Made by a program: the position numbers and the translations under genes. From positions 64,001-128,000 of the forward strand of contig CAVYYZ010000001.1 of the NCBI GenBank assembly GCA_963772835.1: a stretch of 64,000 nucleotides of DNA, written 5' to 3'. This DNA comes from an uncultured delta proteobacterium (GTDB taxonomy: Bacteria > Desulfobacterota > Desulfuromonadia > Geobacterales > Pseudopelobacteraceae). This document shows positions 31,593-44,572 of this stretch, in pieces. Each line of letters opens with the position of its first letter. Positions within the stretch are counted from its first letter, which is position 1. Below the pieces are notes generated by a model. The model worked only from the letters and a program-made list of their open reading frames with translations. It was not told the origin of the DNA and did no database searches.

Positions 31593-32567
31593 TCAGCCAT
31601 ACAGCTTGCTACTCAGATGACAGGAAGCAGCGTGTCCGCCCGCATATTCGATCATCTGCGGAACTTGGTGACGACAGAGGTCAACCGCATGACGACATCG
31701 TGGATGAAATCGGCACCCGGACGGAATTAACAAAGCGGATGGCAGGTCATCCCGCAATAATTCGCTTTTGGATGCATGTGAAACGAGCAGCCCTGGAATT
31801 GCAGCGATAAGTGCCTCTGTATACGGGTGCCGGCACCTGCTAAACAACTCCGCAGCGGGACCGCACTCCACAATCGCTCCAAGATACATAATAATAATAC
31901 GGTCACAAATATGACGTAATATAAGTAGGTTATGAGAGACAATCATCATGGACAACTTGAAATCGATCTTCATCTGAAGCAGTATATTGATAATCTGAGC
32001 TTGAATTGAAATATCAAGTGATGACACCGGTTCGTCAGCGATCAGTATTTCCGGAGATGCTGCCAGAGCACGCGCGATGCCAACACGCTGACGCTGTCCT
32101 CCAGAAAATTCGTCAGGAAAACGGTTGGCTGCCTCTCTTGGCAATCCGACCGCGGTCATTATGCGGGCAAGCTCCGACTGCTGTTGTTCAGCAGGCAAGC
32201 CGGCAATTTTGAGAGGCTCCGATATGCTGTCGCCTATCCGCATGCGCGGATTCAGTGATGAAAACGGGTCCTGAAAGATCATCTGTGTTCTATGCCGGAA
32301 TGATGTCCGATCGTTCTTCCCAAGTTGCTTCAGTTGAATGCCCTTGTAAAGAACGTTTCCTGAGTCCGGCATAAGAAGGCCGGCCATGATTTTTGCCAGG
32401 GTCGACTTGCCGCATCCGGACTCACCGGCAATTCCGAGCGTCTCTCCGGTTGCCAGATGAAGGGATACAAGGTCAAGGGCTGTCAATAAACCTGCGGAAC
32501 GATTCTGCGAAGAAACTTTGAACGTTTTACGCAGATCGACTGCGCTGAGAAGATGGGTCTCGTTCAT
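31593..32567 (-). CDS. Peptide ABC transporter ATP-binding subunit (OppF/DppF-like)
   Basis: GESGCGKST, QDPFSSLNPR, FSGGQRQR, DEP, HPYT, GCRFHPRC. Confidence 0.93.
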   Translation of the reverse strand: MNETHLLSAVDLRKTFKVSSQNRSAGLLTALDLVSLHLATGETLGIAGESGCGKSTLAKIMAGLLMPDSGNVLYKGIQLKQLGKNDRTSFRHRTQMIFQDPFSSLNPRMRIGDSISEPLKIAGLPAEQQQSELARIMTAVGLPREAANRFPDEFSGGQRQRVGIARALAASPEILIADEPVSSLDISIQAQIINILLQMKIDFKLSMMIVSHNLLILRHICDRIIIMYLGAIVECGPAAELFSRCRHPYTEALIAAIPGLLVSHASKSELLRDDLPSALLIPSGCRFHPRCRHAVDLCRHQVPQMIEYAGGHAASCHLSSKLYG

Positions 32568-33526
32568 GAGCATTTCCAGCAACGAAGCATATGTAAATCC
32601 GCAACTTCTCGAAGCTCCTGTACTTCAGCCCGGCATCTGTCCTCCGCAAGTGGACAGCGCTCTGCAAAGCAGCAACCGCCTGCAGAAGCGGTTAGAATGT
32701 CAAATTGACCGGCCACGGTTGGGAGTGGCCTGCCGGGTTCAGCAAATTGCGGAAGAGAAGCAAGAAGTGCCTGCGTATAGGGATGACGGGGAGATGTCAG
32801 GAGTGTGCCGGTAGGGGCCGACTCTACTACCTGGCCTGCATACATGACTGCGGTATAGTCGGCTCGTTCGGCAACTATTCCCAGATCGTGGGTAATGAGC
32901 AGGATTGACAGTCCGCTTGCTTTTCTTTGAGTATCAAGAAGTTCAAGTATCTGTGCCTGGATAGTAACATCCAACGCAGTTGTGGGTTCATCCGCTATAA
33001 GCAATGAGGGGTTACACGCCAGAGCCATGGCAATCATAACCCGCTGACGCATGCCGCCGCTCAATTGATGCGGGAAATTGCTCATTCTGTCGCCTGCTGA
33101 AGGAATGCCGACGTTTGTCAACAACTCGATTCCACGCTCCCAGGCATCACGCCGGGACAGATCTAAATGCAGCATCAGCGGCTCGCAGAGTTGGTCTGCA
33201 ATTTTCAATACCGGATTCAGCGAGGTCATCGGTTCTTGAAAAACCATTGAAATTCTTCGCCCTCGGATGCTTCTTAAAGCCTCTTCCGGGAGCGTCAACA
33301 GATTTTGTTTCTCAAAAATAATTATGCCGGATCTGATATATCCGGGTGGAGGAACAAGCCGCATAATCGAGAGGGCGGTCATCGTCTTTCCCGATCCTGA
33401 TTCCCCAACTATTGCGAGTACCGATCCTGATGAAAGTGAAAGCGATATTCCCCGCACGGCATCAACGACATCTGTTGTCGTGCGAAAAGAGACTTGAAGG
33501 TTCTGAATTGAGAGCAGTTCTGTCAC
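32564..33526 (-). CDS. Peptide ABC transporter ATP-binding subunit (OppD/DppD-like)
   Basis: [39 protein letters not shown]. Confidence 0.93.
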   Translation of the reverse strand: MTELLSIQNLQVSFRTTTDVVDAVRGISLSLSSGSVLAIVGESGSGKTMTALSIMRLVPPPGYIRSGIIIFEKQNLLTLPEEALRSIRGRRISMVFQEPMTSLNPVLKIADQLCEPLMLHLDLSRRDAWERGIELLTNVGIPSAGDRMSNFPHQLSGGMRQRVMIAMALACNPSLLIADEPTTALDVTIQAQILELLDTQRKASGLSILLITHDLGIVAERADYTAVMYAGQVVESAPTGTLLTSPRHPYTQALLASLPQFAEPGRPLPTVAGQFDILTASAGGCCFAERCPLAEDRCRAEVQELREVADLHMLRCWKCS

Positions 33527-33556
33527 GGGAAACCCGGGAGTTTAAAGGAAAGCGTG

Positions 33557-35647
33557 TCAGACACGACAGGCAGATGGAGTTACATTCGGTGACTTGTCAA
33601 AGCGTGAGCCGAAAAATACACCTTCTTCAAGAATGCCGGTAAATATTTCTACAATGGCCGGATCAAACTGGGTCCCGGAGTTTTCAGATAGCTCGGCGAT
33701 GGCAGCATCCAATGTAAGTGCTTTGCGATAGGGACGATCTGACGTCATGGCATCAAACGCATCAGATACGCAGATAATTCGAGCTTCAATGAGCTGATCA
33801 ACGTGATTGATGCGGTTAGGATATCCTCTGCCGTCATAGCGCTCATGGTGCTGACCGATACATGTGCGGACATCCTTTAAAAACTCAATCGGTTCAAGAA
33901 TCCTCATACCTATGACAGGGTGTAGTTGCAGTTCAGTAACATCATGCGATGACAATTTACCCTCTTTGTGCAGCAGGCTCAGATCAATACCGATTTTTCC
34001 GATGTCATGCAATATTGCCGCCCGTTCAAGGATTTGCAGTCTGTCGGTGGAAAGATTTAAACGGTTACCTATTTCCACACTATATCGAGTGACCCGCTCG
34101 GAATGCCCCCTAGTGTAGCTGTCACTGGCTTCGATAGCCGTCACGAGAGCCTGAATCGTGTTCAGGTAGGTCTGCTGCTGCTCATCGTAGAGTGTTGCGT
34201 TTTTAATGGCAATCGCGGCTTGTGCCGCAATCGTAGTAAGCATTTCTAATTCATATAAATAAAACTGTGAATTATCGGACTTGTTGACGACACTGATGGT
34301 GCCGATAATCTCATCCTTGATCATGAGCGGCACGCATATTAAGGTTTTGCGTTCGTAGCCCAATTCACTGAAACGGGCAAATTGGGGCGTCTCATTGATG
34401 TCGGTTATCAGAAGCGGTTTACAGTTGTTGATGACCCAGGCTGAAGTGCTGGTTTCCTTTATTTTAATTGACTGATTCGGAGCGCTCAGTTTCCCGTTAC
34501 TAATAAGATTGGTTACATTAAGCGTCTGCTGCTCCTTATCGTAAAGAATTATATAGCCGATTTGAGCATCCAATGTGCTTGTTGTGCTGCGTACGATCAA
34601 ATTGAAGAGTCTGTCTATATCCATTGTTGAATTGATTGCCAGACCTATTTTGTAGATGGTTGAAAGTCTGTCAATTGCATGTTCAAGATTCGAATTCTTT
34701 TGTTCAAGTTCTGCCGCGAGATCGGCGATAGTGAAACTTGCCTTCTCAATCTCTTCGATTCTCTCTTCGAGTGAAACATTCAGATTTTCAATTTCTCTCA
34801 GATGTTCTTCAAGTTTCTGGTTCATTAGCTGTGTGTCGTGATGATGAACTAGTTTTTCTTCCGCCCGGGTCAGTTCCCGTTCATTGATGACGGTGGTGTG
34901 CATCAGATCCTTCAGCTTGGCAGTCATTGAGTTGAAGTGAAGTGAAAGAAGGCTCATTTCATTTGAACTTTGAATAGGGCTGTTACCCTCAAAGTTACCG
35001 AGTTCGATCTGCCGCATGGCAGCTATCAAGGACCGGACTGGTCGGTCGACATAAAGTGTCAAAAAGGCGAAGATTGCACCGACAATAAGAATGATCATCA
35101 CTGCGGCAGAGATGACGGAGTTAACTCTTTCACGGTGCAGGTAGCTGGCTAAATCAACGAGTGATATCTCGGTTTCTATAATGGCAATGACTTGTTTTCT
35201 TGAATCATGGCATCCATGACAGTCAGGAGTATTGAGAATCCGGGTGTATGAGTCGAGGTTGTTTTGTTTATTGGTGAAATAAAAATGATTCTGTTTCGAG
35301 TTTAAGATTCTTCCCCGTTCCTCTTCTGTAAGCTCTTTGCCGATATCATCTTTGTCAGCCGAATGGATGACCGTTCCTACTGAGTCTATGATTCGCAGCT
35401 CTTTGATGTCGTCATGAACTTTTGCATCGTGCAGAATCTTGTTTATTGCGGTAGTGTGTCCGGCCTTCATGGAGCTTTGAATGTTTGCAACGATGCTTTC
35501 GATTAACACCATGGAGCTTTTTTCAACAAGATCTTCAATCACGGATTTCTGGTTGCGGTAATGCTGCCACGAGGCATAAGAAATTACCGCGATGACGATG
35601 ATCGACACCATGCCTACTATTTTAATTTTGAGAGAATTAAAAATCAC
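33557..35647 (-). CDS. Membrane HD-GYP phosphodiesterase with periplasmic CxxCH, HAMP and GAF domains
   Basis: TM1, CHGCH, TM2, HAMP-like (RPV..NEM..FNSM), GAF (PLMIKDEIIGTI), YTRGHSERV, LHDIGK, HHERYDGRGYP, DAMTSDRPYR. Confidence 0.92.
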   Translation of the reverse strand: MIFNSLKIKIVGMVSIIVIAVISYASWQHYRNQKSVIEDLVEKSSMVLIESIVANIQSSMKAGHTTAINKILHDAKVHDDIKELRIIDSVGTVIHSADKDDIGKELTEEERGRILNSKQNHFYFTNKQNNLDSYTRILNTPDCHGCHDSRKQVIAIIETEISLVDLASYLHRERVNSVISAAVMIILIVGAIFAFLTLYVDRPVRSLIAAMRQIELGNFEGNSPIQSSNEMSLLSLHFNSMTAKLKDLMHTTVINERELTRAEEKLVHHHDTQLMNQKLEEHLREIENLNVSLEERIEEIEKASFTIADLAAELEQKNSNLEHAIDRLSTIYKIGLAINSTMDIDRLFNLIVRSTTSTLDAQIGYIILYDKEQQTLNVTNLISNGKLSAPNQSIKIKETSTSAWVINNCKPLLITDINETPQFARFSELGYERKTLICVPLMIKDEIIGTISVVNKSDNSQFYLYELEMLTTIAAQAAIAIKNATLYDEQQQTYLNTIQALVTAIEASDSYTRGHSERVTRYSVEIGNRLNLSTDRLQILERAAILHDIGKIGIDLSLLHKEGKLSSHDVTELQLHPVIGMRILEPIEFLKDVRTCIGQHHERYDGRGYPNRINHVDQLIEARIICVSDAFDAMTSDRPYRKALTLDAAIAELSENSGTQFDPAIVEIFTGILEEGVFFGSRFDKSPNVTPSACRV

Positions 35648-36000
35648 GCGAATTCTTCCTGATTATAATGGTTTGTGCCTTTTGCCGCATACCAACAGCG
35701 ATTTAGCGAAAATACTGTATTACGAGATACTTATCTATTGTTTTCTTTGTTCGGCGTACCCAAAAGAATAAACAGAAGCAGCAACGGACAGTTAAGCCCT
35801 TTCATGCCGGTATGCTTTCGGATAATGCCTCAAATCAATGCCATAATATTAGTAATTCTTATTGGTTATTGATCAGATGAGTCTGGACATACAGTATGCA
35901 TGCCAAGTCGATCAGCGGATCCCGGCTTGCAAAAGTATTAAAAAACAGTCAATCAAAAAAATTGACACGATACGGCATTATGTGTTTTTATCTTCAGGTT

Positions 36001-37143
36001 TTGCAGCCAATTTATCGTACGTGCATAATTATCCTCCTGACGCTGACAACGACTGTTTTATTGTGGTCATGGATGGGCAGGATACATGCGGCCGTTCTGG
36101 ATGAAACTATCCGGGTTGCTATTATTAAGTCAGCTTCCGAGGTGACGGTGACTGGTGACGGACTCCTCGTGACGAATGAGTCCGGAGATGCGCTTGTCGT
36201 GTCGTTTCCCGTCACTGTAAAGCCTGTGAATGATGGTCTGCTCGTAGAGGGGAAACTATTCCGGCGGTTGTTATTTTCTGCTTCCTCGGCTGTGTATGTG
36301 AATAATAAGCCGTACCGGGGTCTTGCAGAACTGTCCGTTGCGGACAACGGGATTCTGGTGATCAACCAGTTGCCGCTTGAGGAATATCTTGTAGGGTTGA
36401 TTAACTGTGAAATATCCTCTGCATGGCCGATTGAGGCAGTGAAAGCCCAGGCAATTATCGCCAGGACATACGCTTTGAACAGGAAAATGGCCCGTATGGC
36501 CGCCCCGTATCACCTTGAATCTTCGGTTATTGATCAGGTGTATGAAGGGTGCCTTATTGAGGACAGTCGCGCTCGTCGCGCGGTTCTTGAAACGGCGGGG
36601 GAGGTGCTGACATTCGATGGCACTATTATTCAGGCCTTTTATCACTCGAGTTGCGGTGGGAAGACCGAAGCATCTGAAAATGTTTGGGGAACCTCGCTGC
36701 CGTATCTGAAAGGTGTTGATTGCCAATACTGCCTGACATCTCCTGCGTCCACAATCTGGGAATACAAGATATCTTTCAAAGAACTGGAAGAACGGTTGCG
36801 GGCGGCCGGGCATAAAATATCAGGACTGTATGAAATCCGATCTGGAGGCAACAATTCGCGTGGTCGATTGAAACAGGTTGCACTGATTGCATTAAAAGGA
36901 AGCACTTCGATCAGCGGCGAACAGTTTCGTAGAGCTGTCGGGTATGGTTTCATAAAAAGCACACGATTTACCATGAAAAATTCTAAATATGAAATCAGCT
37001 TTTCCGGAACCGGAAATGGACATGGAGTGGGGCTCTGTCAGTGGGGTGCCAAGCAGCGGGCTCTCGATGGATTCAGCAGCGGAGAAATTCTCTCATATTA
37101 CTACCCCGGCACTTCTTTGAAAAAGCTCTCTGATATCCGTTGA
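36001..37143 (+). CDS. SpoIID/LytB domain protein
   Basis: YRG..INQLPLEEYL..E..EAVKAQAIIARTYA, DQVY, FYHSSCGG, GNGHGVGLCQWGA, ILSYYYPG; start uncertain. Confidence 0.9.
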   Translation: MQPIYRTCIIILLTLTTTVLLWSWMGRIHAAVLDETIRVAIIKSASEVTVTGDGLLVTNESGDALVVSFPVTVKPVNDGLLVEGKLFRRLLFSASSAVYVNNKPYRGLAELSVADNGILVINQLPLEEYLVGLINCEISSAWPIEAVKAQAIIARTYALNRKMARMAAPYHLESSVIDQVYEGCLIEDSRARRAVLETAGEVLTFDGTIIQAFYHSSCGGKTEASENVWGTSLPYLKGVDCQYCLTSPASTIWEYKISFKELEERLRAAGHKISGLYEIRSGGNNSRGRLKQVALIALKGSTSISGEQFRRAVGYGFIKSTRFTMKNSKYEISFSGTGNGHGVGLCQWGAKQRALDGFSSGEILSYYYPGTSLKKLSDIR

Positions 37144-37154
37144 ATGTGAATTGA

Positions 37155-39307
<2,153 letters not shown>

Positions 39308-39332
39308 TTCACTGAATAAAGGAGAATGACAC

Positions 39333-39659
39333 ATGTTAGGATTGGCTTTTGCGATGGGAAGTGCACCTGGAGGAGCAGCTGGTGGAACCGGTGGTGGAAT
39401 GGCGGCATTTCAGCAGATAATTCCGCTGGTTTTCATGTTTGCGATTTTTTATTTTCTACTCATCCGCCCGCAGCAAAAAAAGGCTAAAGAGCACAAAGCA
39501 TTGCTGGAAGCGATGAAAAAGGGTGATAATGTAGTTACAGCCGGTGGTGTTCACGGTAAAATTATCTCTGTAGAAAACGATCTTGTGACTCTCGAAATTG
39601 CACATAACGTAACTATTAAAATTATCAAGAGCTACATCGCCGCAATCAAGAAGGACTAG
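39333..39659 (+). CDS. yajC: Preprotein translocase subunit YajC
   Basis: FYFLLIRPQQK, KKGDNVVTAGG. Confidence 0.96.
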   Translation: MLGLAFAMGSAPGGAAGGTGGGMAAFQQIIPLVFMFAIFYFLLIRPQQKKAKEHKALLEAMKKGDNVVTAGGVHGKIISVENDLVTLEIAHNVTIKIIKSYIAAIKKD

Positions 39660-39688
39660 TTTAAAATCTGAAAAGGAGAACAAGCCTT

Positions 39689-41281
39689 ATGCCAAAAGGA
39701 ACTGGCTGGCGTACTAGCCTGATAGCAGTTTTTGTTGCATTGTCGTTTCTTTATCTGACTCCAACCCTGGCGGGTAAATTACCGTCATGGTGGGGGAACT
39801 TTTTGCCAAAGGACAAGATTCATCTCGGGCTTGACCTGCAGGGTGGGACCCATCTGGTGATGGAGGTCGACACGCAGAAAGCGGTTGAAGGGTCTCTTGA
39901 CCTTGTTGCCACGGATCTTGAGGACACTCTGAACAGCAAAAATCTTCGTTTCAAACGGATTTCCCGAAACGGATTTGATAAGGTGTCCCTGGTTCTGTAT
40001 GAAAAGGGGACTGCCGATGCCGTTCAAAAGCTGATCAAGGATAAATATCCTTCCTATGAACAGAGTCCGACTTTTGACGAAAGCGGTTTTGTTGCTCTGA
40101 CTCTGCGGGTAAGCGAGAAGGATGCACAGGATCGCAAAGACAAGGCTGTCCAGCAGGCCCTCGAAACGATCCGTAACAGGATTGATCAGTTTGGCGTTTC
40201 AGAGCCTACTATACAGCGTGAAGGCGTCGATCATATTGTTGTACAACTGCCCGGCATTAAGGATCCGCAACGGGCGATTGATCTGATCGGGCGTACCGCA
40301 CGACTGGATTTCAAAATGGTGCGAGAAGACATCTCTCCTACGTCCGGAACGATTCCCGATGACGCAGAAGTGCTGAAAGAAAAATCTGTTGATCCTAAAA
40401 CCGGTGCCGTTACTGAAATTCCGATCGTCGTCCAGAAAAAACCGATGATTACCGGTGATCTGCTGACGGACGCTCAGGTCAGAATTGATTCACAGTTCAA
40501 CCAGCCGTATGTCGCGATTGAATTCAATTCTCTGGGTGCCAGATTGTTTGATCAGGTAACAGCGGCAAATGTTGGAAAACGCTTTGCAATCGTGCTTGAT
40601 AATAATATTCACTCCGCTCCAGTCATTCGAGAGCGGATTTCCGGTGGCAGCGCCCAGATATCGGGCAGCTTTACCGAGAAAACGGCTGCTGACCTTGCGA
40701 TAGTACTTCGTGCCGGAGCATTGCCGGCACCTGTTAAAATCATTCAGAATGTTACCGTCGGCCCCTCCCTGGGACAGGACTCCATCAATAAAGGATTGTA
40801 TGCCGGCTTGATCGGAGTATTGATTGTCGTAGTTTTTATGGCGATTTACTACAAGCTGTCAGGAATTGTTGCCAACTTGGGAATGATTCTTAATATCGTT
40901 TATCTGATGGGGGCATTAGCCGCATTAGGTGCCACTCTCACGCTGCCCGGTATTGCCGCTATCGTATTGCTGGTTGGTATGTCCGTTGACTCGAACGTTA
41001 TTATTTTTGAGCGAATCCGTGAAGAACTCAAGTTGGGCAAATCCCCCAAAGCTGCTCTGGATGCCGGGTATGACAAGGCGTTCCTGACTATCATGGATTC
41101 CCATATAACCACCTTGATTACAGCAGCTGTTTTGTTCCAGTTCGGCACCGGCCCGGTAAAAGGTTTTGCAGTTTCTTTAAGCCTCGGGGTTATAATTAAT
41201 CTGTTTACCTCACTGATCGGGACCAAGGTGACCTTTGACCTGTTTCTGCACAAGGGCAGAGTTAAAAAAATGAGCATATAG
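39689..41281 (+). CDS. secD: Protein translocase subunit SecD
   Basis: LGLDLQGG, RIDQFGVSEP, GPSLG, TLTLPGIA, VDSNVIIFERIREE. Confidence 0.97.
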   Translation: MPKGTGWRTSLIAVFVALSFLYLTPTLAGKLPSWWGNFLPKDKIHLGLDLQGGTHLVMEVDTQKAVEGSLDLVATDLEDTLNSKNLRFKRISRNGFDKVSLVLYEKGTADAVQKLIKDKYPSYEQSPTFDESGFVALTLRVSEKDAQDRKDKAVQQALETIRNRIDQFGVSEPTIQREGVDHIVVQLPGIKDPQRAIDLIGRTARLDFKMVREDISPTSGTIPDDAEVLKEKSVDPKTGAVTEIPIVVQKKPMITGDLLTDAQVRIDSQFNQPYVAIEFNSLGARLFDQVTAANVGKRFAIVLDNNIHSAPVIRERISGGSAQISGSFTEKTAADLAIVLRAGALPAPVKIIQNVTVGPSLGQDSINKGLYAGLIGVLIVVVFMAIYYKLSGIVANLGMILNIVYLMGALAALGATLTLPGIAAIVLLVGMSVDSNVIIFERIREELKLGKSPKAALDAGYDKAFLTIMDSHITTLITAAVLFQFGTGPVKGFAVSLSLGVIINLFTSLIGTKVTFDLFLHKGRVKKMSI

Positions 41282-41295
41282 GGGGAGCACCGTTC

Positions 41296-42207
41296 ATGGA
41301 AATTCTTGGCAAGACTAACATAGATTTTATCGGCAAGCGGAATATCTCGTTTGTCATTTCGTCGATCATTGCGATTATTGGAATTGTCGGCATCATCCAG
41401 ATTGGTCGAGGCGCTGCCAATATGGGGATCGATTTTTCCGGCGGAACGGCTATGCAGCTGAAATTCAGCAAGCCGTTCATGATTGCTGATGCCAGAGCTG
41501 CTCTGCATAAGCATGGTATTGACAAAGCAGATCTGCAGGAAATAAAAAGTGGTAACATGCTGTTAGTCAAGATGGCAGGAGCTGCTGTCGGAAAACAATC
41601 GGAAGTGGTTCAGACCGCTTTCAAAAAAGAGATTGCCGACAATCCTTTCTCTGTTGAAAGCACCACAGAAATTGGTCCTTCAATCGGTGACAAGCTGCGT
41701 AAAGATACTCTCATAGCAGTTGTTCTCTCATTAATGGGGATCATTCTTTATATCGCCTGGCGTTTCGATTTAAAATTCGGCATCGGTGCAACGATTGCCA
41801 CCATGCATGATGTACTCGCCATGGTTGCGGTATTTTTCCTTATGAACAAAGAGATCAACCTGCTCTTTATTACGGCTGTATTGACAATAGCTGGTTATTC
41901 ATTAACAGATACGGTGGTCATTTTTGACCGCATTCGGGAAAACCTTCACAAAAACCTCAAAGGTTCCATGCATACCATATTCAACAGCAGCATCAATGAG
42001 GTTCTTTCCCGTACCATTGTGACATCGATGACAACTTTTCTGGCTGCTGCGTCGCTGTTCTTATTCGGAGGTGAAGTTATACACGATTTCTCGTTTGCAT
42101 TATTGATTGGGATCGGTGTTGCTACCTATTCATCTGTATTTGTTGCTAGTCCGATCGTGGTGATCCTCGAAAATAGAGCCTTGGCTAAAAAGGCTAACAC
42201 CCCGTAA
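41296..42207 (+). CDS. secF: Protein translocase subunit SecF
   Basis: GIDFSGG, YIAWRF, HDV, GYSLTDTVVIFDRIRE, SRT. Confidence 0.97.
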   Translation: MEILGKTNIDFIGKRNISFVISSIIAIIGIVGIIQIGRGAANMGIDFSGGTAMQLKFSKPFMIADARAALHKHGIDKADLQEIKSGNMLLVKMAGAAVGKQSEVVQTAFKKEIADNPFSVESTTEIGPSIGDKLRKDTLIAVVLSLMGIILYIAWRFDLKFGIGATIATMHDVLAMVAVFFLMNKEINLLFITAVLTIAGYSLTDTVVIFDRIRENLHKNLKGSMHTIFNSSINEVLSRTIVTSMTTFLAAASLFLFGGEVIHDFSFALLIGIGVATYSSVFVASPIVVILENRALAKKANTP

Positions 42208-42239
42208 TCTAGTATTTATTCGATATGAAGAGGTGCAAA

Positions 42240-42812
42240 GTGAACAAAGAAACAACATTAATTGCAGTTGTTGCCCTTATCGTTGGATTGTTAGGGGGGT
42301 ATTTAATATTCAGCATCAGTAGTGCCGGCAAAGCCCAACAGCCGAATGCCGCCATCCAGGCCGGTGCCGGGTCACCTGCTGATTATTCACAGCGTATAGC
42401 CCAGGCAGAAAAAATTGTTGCTCAGGACCCAAATAATCTGAATGTCTGGATTTCCCTGGGTAATGATTATTTCGACACGGAGCAGACTCAGAAAGCGATT
42501 AGTGCGTATGGAAAAGCTCTGGAGTTAAACCCTAATAACCCCAATGTTCTGACTGACCAGGGGGTAATGTTCAGAAAGGTCGGATGGTACGACAAGGCAT
42601 TGGCTAATTTTGAAAAAGCCAACAAGCTTGACCCCAAGCATATTCAAAGTCTTTTCAATGCCGGTATCGTCTATGCCGTAGATTTGAAGGACCATGTAAA
42701 GGCCCGGCCATATTGGAAAAAGGTTCTTGAAATTGAACCGAATGGCGCGACCGCAATGCAGATCAGAAGTATGATGCAGGATGGCGGAGAAACTCCACCT
42801 GCCGGTAAATAA
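42240..42812 (+). CDS. Membrane-anchored TPR protein
   Basis: Single N-terminal TM then TPR repeats (WISLGNDYFD...ALELNP). Confidence 0.88.
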   Translation: MNKETTLIAVVALIVGLLGGYLIFSISSAGKAQQPNAAIQAGAGSPADYSQRIAQAEKIVAQDPNNLNVWISLGNDYFDTEQTQKAISAYGKALELNPNNPNVLTDQGVMFRKVGWYDKALANFEKANKLDPKHIQSLFNAGIVYAVDLKDHVKARPYWKKVLEIEPNGATAMQIRSMMQDGGETPPAGK

Positions 42813-42818
42813 AAAACG

Positions 42819-42847
42819 AACCCCCCGCTTGTCGGGGGTTTTTTTTT
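42819..42847 (+). terminator. Intrinsic terminator
   Basis: CCCCCG-CTTGT-CGGGGG followed by T9. Confidence 0.85.
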
Positions 42848-42865
42848 AAACGGGATGTAAACAGG

Positions 42866-44572
42866 ATGCAGAAAAAATGGGTTGTTAAGCCGGCTGATAA
42901 CGCTAAAATCGAGGATCTCTCCCGCTCACTTGGAATCTGCTCCATAACCGCACGAATTCTCGTTGCCAGAGGAGTAGATGGAGTAGAATCCGGAGTTCAG
43001 TTTCTTGCGCCCGCTCTTTCGGGTATGCCCGATCCGTTTTTGTTAAAAGGAATGCACGAAGCTGTTGAACGGGTAGTGCGGGCTTTGAAAACATCAGAAT
43101 CGGTTTGTATCTACGGCGATTATGATGTTGACGGTATTAGCGGTACGGCTCTTCTGGTCTCTTTCCTGCGCCACATTGGCATCGCCTGCAGTTATTTCAT
43201 ACCTAACCGGTTTGATGATGGTTATGGCCTTAACGAAGATGCTCTTCAACAGATTATCAGTTCCGGGTCTTCGTTGATCCTTTCTGTCGATTGCGGCATT
43301 ACTGCGATCAAGGAGTCCGCCTTTTGCCGGCAGGCGGGCGTTGATCTGATTATACTGGATCATCATACGCCAGGCGACATTCTTCCGAATGCGGCAGCAG
43401 TTGTAAACCCGCTGCAGCCGGGCTGTAGCTATCCTTTTAAAATGCTGGCAGGCGTTGGCGTCGCATTTAATCTGCTGGTTGCGCTGCGCAGTCGCTTACG
43501 TCATGACGGGTTATTTGCTGCCGGTAACGAACCGGATCTTCGGAATTGGCTTGATCTTGTCGCGCTCGGTACAATCGCGGATGTAGTGCCGCTTGTCGGG
43601 CAAAACCGCGTATATGCCTTTTGTGGTCTGCAAAAGCTTGAAGATAACAACAGACCGGGCATTGCCGCACTCAAAAAGGTCGCCGGAATCTCGGAGCCGA
43701 TTACCTGCAGTCAGGTTGGTTTCCGGTTGGCGCCGCGTCTTAATGCTGCCGGTCGCATGGAAAGCGCGGTGCCGGGAGTTGAATTGCTGCTCAGTGCGAG
43801 TATTGAAGAGTGCTCCTCCATTGCTGATGAACTGGATAGGGCGAATGCGGAACGCCAGGCTGTCGAGCGAGGAATTTTCGATCAGGCTGTTGCCATGATT
43901 GACGGTGGTAGTTACCCTGCCTGCAGGAGCATAGTTGTCGCTTCTCGCGACTGGCATCAGGGAGTTATCGGGATTGTTGCTTCACGTCTGGTTGAACGCT
44001 ATCATCGCCCGACAATACTGATTGCAATAGACGCACAGGGAAACGCGAAAGGGTCCGGGCGCAGTATCGCGGGTTTTCACCTTTTGGAGGCTTTGAATCT
44101 CTGCTCGGGGTATCTTGAGCGTTTTGGGGGACACCGTTATGCGGCTGGTATCGGTCTGGAAACAAAAAATATCGGAGATTTTGTTGCGGCTTTTGAAGCT
44201 GCCGCTCGACAGATTCTAGGAAATGCGGAACTTGTACCTTTGCTTGATATCGATGCTGAAGTTTATCCGGCTGAGATTGGTCTTGCGCTGTCACATGAGT
44301 TGCTGCGCATTGGCCCCTTCGGTGCGGGAAACCCGGAACCAACACTGATGATGCGCGGAGTCACAGTTGTTGACCGCCGGATTGTCGGTGATGGGCATCT
44401 CAAACTACGGGTACTATCTGACGGACGGATTTTTAATGCTATTGCATTCCGGCAGGCAGAGAGTCCCACTGATGGTTTGCTGGATATCGCCTTTTTTCCG
44501 GAGAGCAATAGATGGAACAACACAACAACAATGCAGCTGCGGATAAAAGAGATCCGGAAGGCGGAAGCATAA
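42866..44572 (+). CDS. recJ: ssDNA exonuclease RecJ
   Basis: YGDYDVDG, DGYG, VDCG, DHH, GTIAD, APRLNAAGR, GSGRS, GGH. Confidence 0.97.
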   Translation: MQKKWVVKPADNAKIEDLSRSLGICSITARILVARGVDGVESGVQFLAPALSGMPDPFLLKGMHEAVERVVRALKTSESVCIYGDYDVDGISGTALLVSFLRHIGIACSYFIPNRFDDGYGLNEDALQQIISSGSSLILSVDCGITAIKESAFCRQAGVDLIILDHHTPGDILPNAAAVVNPLQPGCSYPFKMLAGVGVAFNLLVALRSRLRHDGLFAAGNEPDLRNWLDLVALGTIADVVPLVGQNRVYAFCGLQKLEDNNRPGIAALKKVAGISEPITCSQVGFRLAPRLNAAGRMESAVPGVELLLSASIEECSSIADELDRANAERQAVERGIFDQAVAMIDGGSYPACRSIVVASRDWHQGVIGIVASRLVERYHRPTILIAIDAQGNAKGSGRSIAGFHLLEALNLCSGYLERFGGHRYAAGIGLETKNIGDFVAAFEAAARQILGNAELVPLLDIDAEVYPAEIGLALSHELLRIGPFGAGNPEPTLMMRGVTVVDRRIVGDGHLKLRVLSDGRIFNAIAFRQAESPTDGLLDIAFFPESNRWNNTTTMQLRIKEIRKAEA

